A stretch of DNA of 64,000 bases from Ignavibacteriota bacterium. GTDB taxonomy: Bacteria > Bacteroidota > Ignavibacteria > Palsa-1295. Under the pieces are notes generated by a model. That model saw nothing but the letters and a program-made list of their open reading frames with translations. It did no database searches and had not been told where the DNA came from. The translations under genes and the position numbers were made by a program. Position 1 is the first letter of the stretch; every line of letters starts with the position of its first letter. The stretch lies in NCBI GenBank assembly GCA_963787835.1, contig CAWBEI010000007.1:1-64000 (forward strand). Direction: 5' to 3'. Of this stretch, positions 27,399-36,889 are shown one piece after another.

Positions 27399-29219
27399 AT
27401 GAAACTTCTTTTCGGCTATCTCAAAGGTTATCGTAAACTGTTCTCGCTTGCGCTTTTTCTGGCCGCGATCAATATTCTGTTTTCGCTGATCGATCCATAC
27501 ATTTTTCGGCGAATGTTCGATGATTACGTGATGAAATTCACGCACATTTCGAGCAGTGATTTTTTCAGCGGCGTAGGGGTGCTTGTGCTTCTCATGATGG
27601 GGGCTGCCTTTGTCTCGCGTGTTGCAAAGAATTTTCAGGACTATTACACGAATGTACTTACCCAGCGATTGGGAGTTCAAATCTATAGCGAGGGTGTCGA
27701 GCATTCATTAAAACTGCCATATCAGGTTTTCGAAGATCAGCGAAGCGGAGAGACGCTCGGAAGACTCCAGAAGGTGAGGCTGGATACCGAAAAAGTGATT
27801 CAGTCCGTAGTCGGATTTGTGTTCCCAACGATTGTAGGGATCTTATTCGTGATTGTTTACTCCCTCTATGTGCATTGGGCGATCGCCCCTGCATATTTCT
27901 TTGGCATGCTGGCAATCGGCTGGATGAGCTGGGTGCTTGGTAAGAAGATCAAGGCCATTCAAAAAACTATCGTCGCAAAAACCACTGCTCTTGCCGGTTC
28001 AACAACGGAATCGCTCCGCAATATCGAACTGGTAAAGAGTCTTGGATTGGCAGGTCAGGAAATATCGCGCCTGAACTCAACGACGGATAAGATCCTACAG
28101 CTTGAACTTCAGAAAGTGAAATACGTGCGCTGGCTGAGCTTTCTCCAGGGTTCGGTGGTCAACGCTTTGCGAAATGGAATATTATTCATGATGATGTATC
28201 TCGTATTCATGCATGAGATAACCATTGGTCAGTTCTTTTCGCTCTATATTTATTCTTTCATTATATTCAGTCCGTTGCAGGAGCTGGGGAACATAATCAA
28301 TACGTTCAGGGAAGCAGAGGCCTCCCTGAACATCTTCGATGAGATACTAAAAATGCCGATCGAGCGCAAACCAGCGCATCCGATCCCACTTGGAACGATC
28401 GAAACGCTCTCATTCGAAGATGTTTCCTTCAAGCATCTTACTGCATCGACGTTTGCGTTGACTAATGTCAACTTCTCAACAGGACGCGGACAAACCATCG
28501 CGTTCGTCGGACCATCGGGAGCAGGTAAAACAACGCTCGTTAAATTGCTTGTTGGATTATACCCACCGCAAAGCGGGCGCGTCTTATATAACAACATCAG
28601 CAGTGCCGACATTGACGTCGATGAACTTCGGGAACGCATTGGATTTGTTACGCAGGATACCCAGCTTTTTAGCGGTACCATCCGTGAGAATTTACTTTTC
28701 GTAAATCCGAAGGCAACCGATGAAGAGTGCATGCAAATGCTGGAGAAAGCTTCCTGCCAGAGTTTGCTTGCACGCGCTCCGGAAGGCCTGGACACCGTGA
28801 TCGGGGAGGGTGGGGTAAAGGTCTCAGGCGGGGAGAAACAGCGCCTTTCCATTGCTCGCGCTTTGTTGCGCAGGCCAAATCTATTGGTGTTCGATGAGGC
28901 GACTTCGTCACTTGATTCACTGACCGAGGAAGAGATCACTTCAACAATCCGAGATGTATCCTCCAGCACGGATCTTATTACGATCCTAATTGCCCACAGG
29001 CTTTCGACCATCATGCATGCGGACCGCATTCACGTTCTCGAGCAAGGGCAAATTGTCGAAGCGGGACGTCATCACGACCTGCTCGAAATGAAGGGGCTGT
29101 ATTATGCCATGTGGCGCCAGCAGATCGGGGAGCGCTCAAATGCCCATAAGAATGGTCAGCATGCACAAGCACTTGCGAACGGAAAGGCTTCGAGTACTGT
29201 GGTTGCTACCGGAGTTTGA
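27399..29219 (+). CDS. ABC exporter, fused permease/ATPase
   Basis: Six TM helices; GPSGAGKT, VSGGEKQR, FDEATS and IAHRLST motifs. Confidence 0.93.
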   Translation: MKLLFGYLKGYRKLFSLALFLAAINILFSLIDPYIFRRMFDDYVMKFTHISSSDFFSGVGVLVLLMMGAAFVSRVAKNFQDYYTNVLTQRLGVQIYSEGVEHSLKLPYQVFEDQRSGETLGRLQKVRLDTEKVIQSVVGFVFPTIVGILFVIVYSLYVHWAIAPAYFFGMLAIGWMSWVLGKKIKAIQKTIVAKTTALAGSTTESLRNIELVKSLGLAGQEISRLNSTTDKILQLELQKVKYVRWLSFLQGSVVNALRNGILFMMMYLVFMHEITIGQFFSLYIYSFIIFSPLQELGNIINTFREAEASLNIFDEILKMPIERKPAHPIPLGTIETLSFEDVSFKHLTASTFALTNVNFSTGRGQTIAFVGPSGAGKTTLVKLLVGLYPPQSGRVLYNNISSADIDVDELRERIGFVTQDTQLFSGTIRENLLFVNPKATDEECMQMLEKASCQSLLARAPEGLDTVIGEGGVKVSGGEKQRLSIARALLRRPNLLVFDEATSSLDSLTEEEITSTIRDVSSSTDLITILIAHRLSTIMHADRIHVLEQGQIVEAGRHHDLLEMKGLYYAMWRQQIGERSNAHKNGQHAQALANGKASSTVVATGV

Positions 29220-29294
29220 TGTTAGATGTTGTGGTTCGGACACTTCCTAATGCGTCCTCCTGTTTTACGCGTTTAGGTTGCGATTCATCTCTAC

Positions 29295-31037
29295 ATGGCC
29301 GAGCTCTTCATTTCCTACTCGAGGCGCAATGCCCCCCAAGCGCTTGATCTGGTAGCCGATCTTCGGGCGGAAGGGTATTCCGTATGGATTGATCAGGGAG
29401 GTATTGAGGCGGCGCAAAATTGGTCATCGAGAATAGTTGAGGGTATCAACGATTGTTCCACCCTCGTGCTTCTGGTTTCTCCATATTCTGTTTCTTCCCA
29501 CAATGTCGCCAGGGAGCTTCAACTTGCGTTCGAAAAACGGAAGAATCTTCTTCCAATTATAATCGAGAATGCCGCTCTTCCGTCGAATTTCGAGTACCCT
29601 CTCGCTGGCATTCAGCAAGTTCAATACCATGATCGGTCCGGCATTCTACAAGCACTGAAATTGCTGCGGAGTGGTGTTGCTGCCACCGAGTTGCCTGCTC
29701 AACCTGAAATTGATGATACCTATATCCGAGTTGCCGTTCTGCCGTTTGACGATCTTTCACCTCAGCACGACAATCAATGGTTCGCCGACGGGATGATGGA
29801 TGAGCTTATCGGCACACTGGGTCAACTCGATCTTGTCAAAGTACCCTCACGTTCCGATGTGTTGCATTATCGCGACCGCCGCGCAAAGAGCCGCGAGATC
29901 GCTCGAGAGCTTGGCGTTCGCTACCTTATCGAGGGGGCTGTCCGTAAAGCAGGAGAACGCATACGCATCAATGCAACGCTCACGGATTCGCGGCAAAATG
30001 AGCAGCTTTGGGGAAACCAGTTCAATGGTATTATTAATGATGTTTTTGAATTTCAGGAGTCGGTTGCGAAGCAAATTACCGATGCGTTGCAGCTAAAACT
30101 GACCCCGAAAGAAGCGGAAGTGATCGAATCGAGGTCCACCCAAAATGTGGAAGCCTATGAGCTGTTTCTTAAAGGTCGGCACGAACAGTATTATTACACG
30201 AAAAAGAGTTACCTACGCGCCCTTGACTTATACGAACAAGCGGCCACACTCGATCCACAGTTTGAGAGAGCATACATTGGCATCGCTTCTATTTCGTGCG
30301 TGTATTACCGAGAGTTTTCTAAAAATCCTCAATGGCTGCAGCGCGCCGACGACAGTGTGGCAAAAGCGGAGGTTATTGCCGGCGAGACCTCGAAAACGCT
30401 ATATATTCGAGGCATGATCGAGTGGCTGAGAGGCGACACTGAGCACGCGATCGCAACGCTCAACAGGTCGGTTGCGATCGACCCCAATTACCCCAACCCT
30501 TTTAATGTGCTTGGAGCAATCCATCTGGAGAACGAGAATTTCAGCGAGGCAGCAACGGCATTCCAACAAGTAACTGAACTGAGTGAAAACGCGATGGATT
30601 ATTTCAACCTCCTTGCTGCTCTCGATGGCTCTGGGGAAACGGAGAAGCTCTCGCAAGTCGCTCAAAAAGCAATCCCGGTCCTTGAGCGGTATCTGCTTCG
30701 GGAACCCGATGATGTAAATGCCATTGTCACCAAAGGATTTGTTCTCCATTGGGCGGGAAGAAATGCTGAGGCAGGCGAAATTGCCGATCGCCTGTTCGAT
30801 CAGATCGATCTTGGCGCGCAGGTGCAGAGCCGCCTGGGATCGCTGTACCAGACATTAGGAAAACCCGAATTGTACCTTTGCTTGCTCCGTGAAGCAATTA
30901 AGAATGGCTACCGTGGGATAGAGCAAACGCGCAAGACTTTTGAGACCGAGGATCCAGCATTGGCTCGGGAATTCCAAGCGATCATCTCCGAACTCGAAGA
31001 GTTAATCGAGCGAGAAAAGTCCTCAAGTCCGGCGTAA
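29295..31037 (+). CDS. TIR domain + TolB-like alpha/beta domain + TPR protein, paralog 1
   Basis: LFISYS, VWID and NVARE TIR motifs; VAVLPFDDLS..WFADG..ELGVRYLIEGAVR domain; TPR repeats. Confidence 0.88.
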   Translation: MAELFISYSRRNAPQALDLVADLRAEGYSVWIDQGGIEAAQNWSSRIVEGINDCSTLVLLVSPYSVSSHNVARELQLAFEKRKNLLPIIIENAALPSNFEYPLAGIQQVQYHDRSGILQALKLLRSGVAATELPAQPEIDDTYIRVAVLPFDDLSPQHDNQWFADGMMDELIGTLGQLDLVKVPSRSDVLHYRDRRAKSREIARELGVRYLIEGAVRKAGERIRINATLTDSRQNEQLWGNQFNGIINDVFEFQESVAKQITDALQLKLTPKEAEVIESRSTQNVEAYELFLKGRHEQYYYTKKSYLRALDLYEQAATLDPQFERAYIGIASISCVYYREFSKNPQWLQRADDSVAKAEVIAGETSKTLYIRGMIEWLRGDTEHAIATLNRSVAIDPNYPNPFNVLGAIHLENENFSEAATAFQQVTELSENAMDYFNLLAALDGSGETEKLSQVAQKAIPVLERYLLREPDDVNAIVTKGFVLHWAGRNAEAGEIADRLFDQIDLGAQVQSRLGSLYQTLGKPELYLCLLREAIKNGYRGIEQTRKTFETEDPALAREFQAIISELEELIEREKSSSPA

Positions 31038-31055
31038 CCTCCATATATTTGGCTC

Positions 31056-31565
31056 TTAATGCCCAGCACACGGAACCCCGAGATCCCGAATGGATATTGC
31101 AACGGAATTACCACTTGCATCGGAATAGATCGTGGTTCCAGAGCCCGTATTGTTTGGCGATGCCGCAGGCACGCTGGTGACGGTGGAGTAGGAGCTACCA
31201 GCAGCATCCGTTGCGGTGACGGTGATGTTGGTTCCGTTGGCAGGGGCGCATTGGGTACAACTAAGCTTGGTTGGGCTTAACGTGCATGACCCGGCAGACC
31301 CTCCAGAAACCGTTACCGATTGGGATGGAGAGCCATTGAAGGATACCGAAAAATTAACGGAATCAGGGGACATTCCCGGTTGAGTCGTCACGTTAATTGG
31401 AAGAGAGGCTGCTGCAGGTGGCATGATCTGCGCGGTGTACGCTCCGGTCGTATGGGTTGGGTGAAGAGCAGAGTTATGGATCGTTCCAATTTGAGGATGG
31501 AATGCAAATCCAAAGAGTGCCAGGATCGGAATTATCAAGATCGCGGGAATAAAACGTTTAAGCAT
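31056..31565 (-). CDS. Small secreted protein, convergent partner 1
   Basis: Signal peptide MLKRFIPAILIIPILALFGFA; Ser/Thr/Gly-rich with 4 Cys; own TATATTTG promoter. Confidence 0.7.
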   Translation of the reverse strand: MLKRFIPAILIIPILALFGFAFHPQIGTIHNSALHPTHTTGAYTAQIMPPAAASLPINVTTQPGMSPDSVNFSVSFNGSPSQSVTVSGGSAGSCTLSPTKLSCTQCAPANGTNITVTATDAAGSSYSTVTSVPAASPNNTGSGTTIYSDASGNSVAISIRDLGVPCAGH

Positions 31566-31640
31566 GGTCGCAATAATTAGGGATATGAAAATGTTAGAAA
31601 ACAACCGGATGAGCAGGACTTTCGCTCAACCAAACAAATA

Positions 31641-31648
31641 CAAATATA
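31641..31648 (-). promoter_or_regulatory. TAnnTTTG -7 element for partner gene 1
   Basis: CAAATATA on the plus strand. Confidence 0.55.
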
Positions 31649-31746
31649 CGATGAAAATATTTCTAAAATATTAAAATCATGGGTAAGGGAGCTTCCCAAA
31701 CGGTTGCAATGTTCCGTTTCCTCCATTTGGCTGCGATACTTCATTT

Positions 31747-33489
31747 ATGGCAGAGCTTTTTATCTCCTACTCGAAATCCGACCAGCCTTTGGCACTTGAA
31801 CTGGCGGATGAGCTACGCGGGCGTGGATTTTCGGTGTGGATCGATCAGGGTGGGATTGAAGGAGCAAAGAACTGGTCTGCCGAAATCGTTGAAGGAATCA
31901 AATCTTGTTCAACGTTTATTGTTCTGATCTCACCGAATTCCATCGCGTCCAGGAATGTCGCAAAAGAGGTGCATCTTGCATCCGAAAAAAGCAAGACCAT
32001 CCTTCCAATTGTTATTGAAAAGGTTTCTCTTCCCGCTGATTTTGAGTATTCTCTTGCTGGTCTTCAGCACGTCTATTACCACGACCGCCCGGCGATCTTT
32101 CGCGCGCTTGACGGGATGAAAGGAGTCGCAGCGACGGAGCAATTTACCACCATTCGAGAAATGGACGAATCCATTCGGGTGGCCGTGCTGCCATTTGACG
32201 ACCTTTCGCCTCAACACGATAACCAATGGTTTGCAGATGGCATGTTGGATGAACTTATCTCTACGCTTGGAACCATTGACAAAATGAGGATTCCCGGTCG
32301 CTCGGATGTGCTCCATTATCGCGACCATCAGAAAAAAAGCCGCGAAATAGCAAATGAGCTTGGCGTCCGCTACCTTATTGAAGGTGCGGTTCGAAAAGGC
32401 GGCGAGAAAATTCGAATCAATGCTTCCCTAACTGATACCCTGCGCGGTGAACAGCTTTGGACCAACAAGTTCGATGGGACATTTGATGATGTCTTTGCAT
32501 TCCAAGAAGCGGTTTCGAAAAATATTGTGCATGCGCTTCAGCTTACCCTCTCCCCTGATGAGCAACACCAAATGGAAGATCGTGGAACCCAGAATGCCGA
32601 AGCGTATCAACTTTTTCTCAAAGGCAGGCATGAACAGTATTATGTTACAAAGGAAAGTTACCTTCGCGCTCTTGATTATTACGAAGAAGCAGCCAGGCTT
32701 GATTCGAAGTTCGAACGAGCGCATATAGGTATTGCTTCGATCTGCTGCGTATATTACCGAGAATACTCGAAGGATCCTAAATGGCTAAAACGTGCCGAAG
32801 CAAGCCTTACTAACGCCGAGGCTATTGCGGGAGAGACTTCGAAAACGCTATACATTCGTGGAATGATCGAGTGGTTAAAGGGTGACGACGAGGCTGCCGT
32901 CGCTACCCTCACGCGCTCTGCTCAACTCGATCCGAAATATTACAACGCCTTCAATGTGCTTGGAGCGATTCACATGGAGAATAGGAACTATCCTGCCGCT
33001 GCGGAAGCATTTCAGCAAGTAACCGAGCTTGTGGAAACGACCCAGGGCTACGCCAATCTCCTTAATGCTCTCATCCAGACCGAAGAGAGCGAATTAAGAA
33101 TGAAATTAGCTGAGAAAGCGCTACCGGTCTACGATCGTTATCTCCTTCATGAACCATCGGATCAGCATGCTCTAGTTTCCCGAGCGCAAGTTCTACTTTG
33201 GGCAGGGAAAAAAGAAGAGGCTGTGGAAGCGGCTTCCCATCTCCTTGACAAAGACGATTTAGATGGGCAAGCATTATTTAAACTCGGAGTTCTTTATAGC
33301 AACCTCGATAAGCCAGAAGTTTATATCACATTGCTTAGAAAAGCAATTGATTGCGGCTACCGCGAAATCGAGCAAACTCGGAACCACAGATTTGAGACTA
33401 AAGACTCAGCATATGAAGCCGAATTCAAGAAAATCATAAGAGAGCTCGAAGAGATCATTCGATCAGAGAGCCTTGTTCAGACAATGTGA
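31747..33489 (+). CDS. TIR domain + TolB-like alpha/beta domain + TPR protein, paralog 2
   Basis: Same 580-aa length and architecture as paralog 1; NVAKE motif. Confidence 0.88.
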   Translation: MAELFISYSKSDQPLALELADELRGRGFSVWIDQGGIEGAKNWSAEIVEGIKSCSTFIVLISPNSIASRNVAKEVHLASEKSKTILPIVIEKVSLPADFEYSLAGLQHVYYHDRPAIFRALDGMKGVAATEQFTTIREMDESIRVAVLPFDDLSPQHDNQWFADGMLDELISTLGTIDKMRIPGRSDVLHYRDHQKKSREIANELGVRYLIEGAVRKGGEKIRINASLTDTLRGEQLWTNKFDGTFDDVFAFQEAVSKNIVHALQLTLSPDEQHQMEDRGTQNAEAYQLFLKGRHEQYYVTKESYLRALDYYEEAARLDSKFERAHIGIASICCVYYREYSKDPKWLKRAEASLTNAEAIAGETSKTLYIRGMIEWLKGDDEAAVATLTRSAQLDPKYYNAFNVLGAIHMENRNYPAAAEAFQQVTELVETTQGYANLLNALIQTEESELRMKLAEKALPVYDRYLLHEPSDQHALVSRAQVLLWAGKKEEAVEAASHLLDKDDLDGQALFKLGVLYSNLDKPEVYITLLRKAIDCGYREIEQTRNHRFETKDSAYEAEFKKIIRELEEIIRSESLVQTM

Positions 33490-33491
33490 TG

Positions 33492-34058
33492 CTACGGAGT
33501 GGTTGCTGCAACGTCTGCAACGACTACCGTTGCAATATTATTGCCAGTGGGGTCTGAATAGGTCGATATTTCAACGCCATGGCCGGCGCCAACTCCAGCC
33601 GTATTGATGGGAGACGCGGTAACACCGTATGTGCTGTTCTGAATAGCGGCAGCGATCGGGAATTGCTGATTGGCATTGCTGCCTGGAATGCTGAATACGT
33701 TCCAGGTATTGGGCGTAAGCGCATTGCTCGCAAAAGTATGGAGAGGAGCATCCGCTGAACCAACCCTAATGGTTTGGACTGGTGGATTAGCTCCTGCAGC
33801 CACCGTGTAATACACAGCCACGAGGACATTGTTGGCCGACGCACCAGCATTAGGTGGAGTCAGAGTTACCGTCATGGCTATCGTATTCCCAGCGTTCGCA
33901 GGCATAATCGTTGTTGTCTGAGGATTATTTAAAAACATTTTCACAGATGTGGGTGCAGGTTTTGTTGAATCCATCGTACCATTTACCGTCTTCTTTTCGC
34001 AGCCAAAGCCACCAAACGCGATAAGAACAGCAAGTATGGGAATGTAGAATTTTTTCAT
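33492..34058 (-). CDS. Small lipoprotein, convergent partner 2
   Basis: MKKFYIPILAVLIAFGGFG-C lipobox; C-terminal motif shared with partner 1. Confidence 0.72.
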   Translation of the reverse strand: MKKFYIPILAVLIAFGGFGCEKKTVNGTMDSTKPAPTSVKMFLNNPQTTTIMPANAGNTIAMTVTLTPPNAGASANNVLVAVYYTVAAGANPPVQTIRVGSADAPLHTFASNALTPNTWNVFSIPGSNANQQFPIAAAIQNSTYGVTASPINTAGVGAGHGVEISTYSDPTGNNIATVVVADVAATTP

Positions 34059-34133
34059 ATTCGTATTTCTAAAAATGATTAAGAACTGCAACCAAAACAT
34101 CGGAGTGGGGAAGCCACTCAGAACACATAATTA

Positions 34134-34141
34134 CAAATATA
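34134..34141 (-). promoter_or_regulatory. TAnnTTTG -7 element for partner gene 2
   Basis: CAAATATA on the plus strand, in the same TACAAATATAC context as 31641. Confidence 0.55.
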
Positions 34142-34178
34142 CAACAAAAAATCGCCTGTCCGTGAAAAACGAGTAGGC

Positions 34179-35165
34179 TCAGGAAATACTTGAAGTTTTT
34201 TTCATCGCGTCGGCAAGACTCTGCCGTTTCGTCAGCACATCAGCGAACAGGTCGCCTTTCTTCTCAATTCGTGCTGGCATTGTCTTGATCGTGAACTGTT
34301 CGAGGGTGAGCTTTTTTGTTATTTCGTTCCATTCGACTGGAGCGCTTACCAAGGCGTGAGGTTTTTCGCGCACAGAATATGCCGATGCCATGCTTTTACC
34401 TTCCATATTCTGTAGGTAATCGATATAGACTTGGGATGCATTGCGGTCGTGAACCATTCGCCGAATGGTAGCTGATTTGGGATTCCGCTCTGCAACAATG
34501 GTGGCTATTTGTTTTGCGAAGGGAAAGATCTCGTCATACGTGTAATCGGGCTTGATGGGAACATAAATATGAATCCCACGAGAACCGGAAGTCTTTGGGT
34601 AGCCAACCAATCCCACTTCATCCAACACGGTCTTTATATCGAGAGCAATAGCTTTTACTTGTTCAAAACTTGCTTTGTCACCTGGATCGAGATCGAATGC
34701 TATATAATCGGGCTTCGCGATCGATTGCACTCGCGAGAACCAGGGATTTTGCGTAATCGTACCGAGATTGACAAGATATAATAACGCAGCAAGGTTATTA
34801 GCAACCGGGTTGAGAACCATTTTGCCATTCGGTTCGCGCTTCGGATAGATCTCGATAAAATCGGGAGCATCCTCAAGATTATGCTGATAAAACATTTGAC
34901 CAGTTATTCCATTCGGATATCGCTTTAGAATGAGCGGCCGGTCTTTGAGGTAGGGGAGGATGGTTTCAGAGATGGTATAATAATATTTCAGCAGATCGAA
35001 TTTTGTATAGCCTTTATCCGGCCAGAATATTTTATGGAGATTGGTGAGCTTGATTTTGACATCATCAATGGCAAGCGTAGCATCACCGTGGTATGCGTTG
35101 GCAGCAAAGAACTCTTTTGCTGAGATCGAAGCAGTGTTAGTCTTGTGATTTGCTATGCTTCCCAT
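34179..35165 (-). CDS. Stand-alone LigD polymerase (primase-polymerase) domain protein
   Basis: TKFDLLKYY, RYPNG, FDLDPG, KTSGSRGIHIYVP, YIDYLQN and AYSVR motifs. Confidence 0.9.
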   Translation of the reverse strand: MGSIANHKTNTASISAKEFFAANAYHGDATLAIDDVKIKLTNLHKIFWPDKGYTKFDLLKYYYTISETILPYLKDRPLILKRYPNGITGQMFYQHNLEDAPDFIEIYPKREPNGKMVLNPVANNLAALLYLVNLGTITQNPWFSRVQSIAKPDYIAFDLDPGDKASFEQVKAIALDIKTVLDEVGLVGYPKTSGSRGIHIYVPIKPDYTYDEIFPFAKQIATIVAERNPKSATIRRMVHDRNASQVYIDYLQNMEGKSMASAYSVREKPHALVSAPVEWNEITKKLTLEQFTIKTMPARIEKKGDLFADVLTKRQSLADAMKKTSSIS

Positions 35166-35178
35166 GATTGGTGCGTGA

Positions 35179-35724
35179 CTATGGTTTTGTCGCTGCTTCC
35201 CTCCGGGAGCCATAATCAAGAATTGGTTTCAAAACCCAGCTGGAGTCGGCGTAGTCATCGTGGTGCTTGAGCAGCAGCCAATATTTTGGACCTCGATTTT
35301 TCATTTGAATAAGATGAAATTCACCTTTGAGCTTTTTTCCATGAAGCAGGAAAGTTAGCTTACCATCAGTTAATTGTTGATCGATCGTGTGTTCTCCGAT
35401 TACCGCGTAGGTCCCTTTATCCCATATTCTTACTTCACCCGCACCATATTCGCCTTCGGGGATGGTTCCTTCGAATGTATTATATTCAATGGGGTGGTCT
35501 TCCGTCCTAACGGCAAGGTGCTTATCGTTCGGATTCATCGATGGGCCTTTTGGCACCGCCCAGGATTTCATCACGCCGTCGATCTCAAGACGGAAATCGA
35601 AGTGCAAACTCGTGGCATGGTGCTCCTGCACGACAAAACGATGCCCCTCAGACTTGTTCATTTTTCCTTTCGGCTCGGAAGTCTTCGAAAAATCGCGTTT
35701 TGTATGATATTCTGTGAGTGGCAT
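35179..35724 (-). CDS. Stand-alone LigD 3'-phosphoesterase domain protein
   Basis: KRDFSKTSEP, FVVQEHHA..LHFDFRLE, SWAVPKGP, EDHP and YGAGEV.IWD motifs. Confidence 0.92.
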   Translation of the reverse strand: MPLTEYHTKRDFSKTSEPKGKMNKSEGHRFVVQEHHATSLHFDFRLEIDGVMKSWAVPKGPSMNPNDKHLAVRTEDHPIEYNTFEGTIPEGEYGAGEVRIWDKGTYAVIGEHTIDQQLTDGKLTFLLHGKKLKGEFHLIQMKNRGPKYWLLLKHHDDYADSSWVLKPILDYGSRREAATKP

Positions 35725-35771
35725 GTTGAGTTCTAAATGAAAGAATTATGCCAAGAAGAAGTTAAATGTAG

Positions 35772-35779
35772 TATATTTG
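35772..35779 (+). promoter_or_regulatory. TAnnTTTG -7 element
   Basis: TATATTTG upstream of the ATG at 35816. Confidence 0.5.
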
Positions 35780-35815
35780 TAGTAGCAATTCATTTCACAA
35801 AAACACATAATCATT

Positions 35816-36889
35816 ATGAAACATCTTGCTTCCATTTTTCTTCTTTCAATCCTTGCGGTGAATGCCCGCGCACAGATCACCATCAACGAATCCGACTATA
35901 CCGCTGGGCAGCAGCTTAACCGATCGACGTATTCTGCAAGCACAGCTACTCTCGCATCGCTGAATGCCCTCATTGGGATGAGCGGTGAGAACCAGACATG
36001 GGATTTTACGTCCGCGACGTACACGCTGAATGCAGACACGGGTACTTCCAGTCTTGTTGCGTATCCGGGTGGTGCCGCAGATGCAAGCGATGCGGATTTT
36101 ACTTCTGCGACAAACGTTCTCGTCACGGTTCCTAACAATCCCTCCAAACCGACTTACTATGGGTTTATAGAACTTAATAGCAGCGGATCGTGGCTCCTTG
36201 GAGAGAGTGAAGACAGTATGGGTGTAGCAAAAAAATTGATCGGCTATAATCCCCCGTTGCAACAAGCGGCCTACCCGATGACCTACAACACCTCTTGGAA
36301 TAGCAAATCGACCTGGGATAGTCCCTTGATTCCGTCAGGCTATTCCTACACAACAACGTATAGTGCAAAGGTCGATGGATGGGGTACACTTAAAACGCCA
36401 GGGCAATCAACCCCAGCGCTTCGAGTTATGGAAACGACAACCAATACGCTCACTAATAACGGAGTGCCGGTAATTTCTACCACAACATACGCCTACGAAT
36501 GGCTCACGGGCGGGTCATACTCAGCCTACATGGCTCTAAATACAGCTCAAACTGCTGCTACCAGCGCGTATTATTATGCGCCCTCTGGAACCAATGCTGT
36601 GAATTATACTCCATCTACATCCGGAAGTGGACTGGGTCTCTTACTAACACAAAACCCAGTTTCCAATTTAGGAACCAACGTGATATATACCTTGCCAAAT
36701 GCGGGACCGGTACAAGTCCAGTTAATGGACGAGCTTGGTCGGAGCGTTCGCATGTTGCAAAATGGATTTGTATCGGCTGGCCCAAACATGGTCGCGATCG
36801 AACCGCAATCACTTACTCCAGGAACTTATTTCGTGCGCGTTGAAGCAAATGGAACGATCGCGATGCAAAAGCTTGTGGTTACGAGATAG
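35816..36889 (+). CDS. Secreted Thr-rich protein with T9SS domain
   Basis: Signal peptide ARA-Q; SGENQTWDF and VDGWGTLKTP motifs; C-terminal QNP...PGTYFVRV..KLVV. Confidence 0.8.
   Translation: MKHLASIFLLSILAVNARAQITINESDYTAGQQLNRSTYSASTATLASLNALIGMSGENQTWDFTSATYTLNADTGTSSLVAYPGGAADASDADFTSATNVLVTVPNNPSKPTYYGFIELNSSGSWLLGESEDSMGVAKKLIGYNPPLQQAAYPMTYNTSWNSKSTWDSPLIPSGYSYTTTYSAKVDGWGTLKTPGQSTPALRVMETTTNTLTNNGVPVISTTTYAYEWLTGGSYSAYMALNTAQTAATSAYYYAPSGTNAVNYTPSTSGSGLGLLLTQNPVSNLGTNVIYTLPNAGPVQVQLMDELGRSVRMLQNGFVSAGPNMVAIEPQSLTPGTYFVRVEANGTIAMQKLVVTR

Noticed and set aside
29295-33489. Calling the TIR genes Thoeris, CBASS or Avs
   Set aside because: There is no ThsA-like effector, cyclase or STAND NTPase domain, so the architecture does not match those systems
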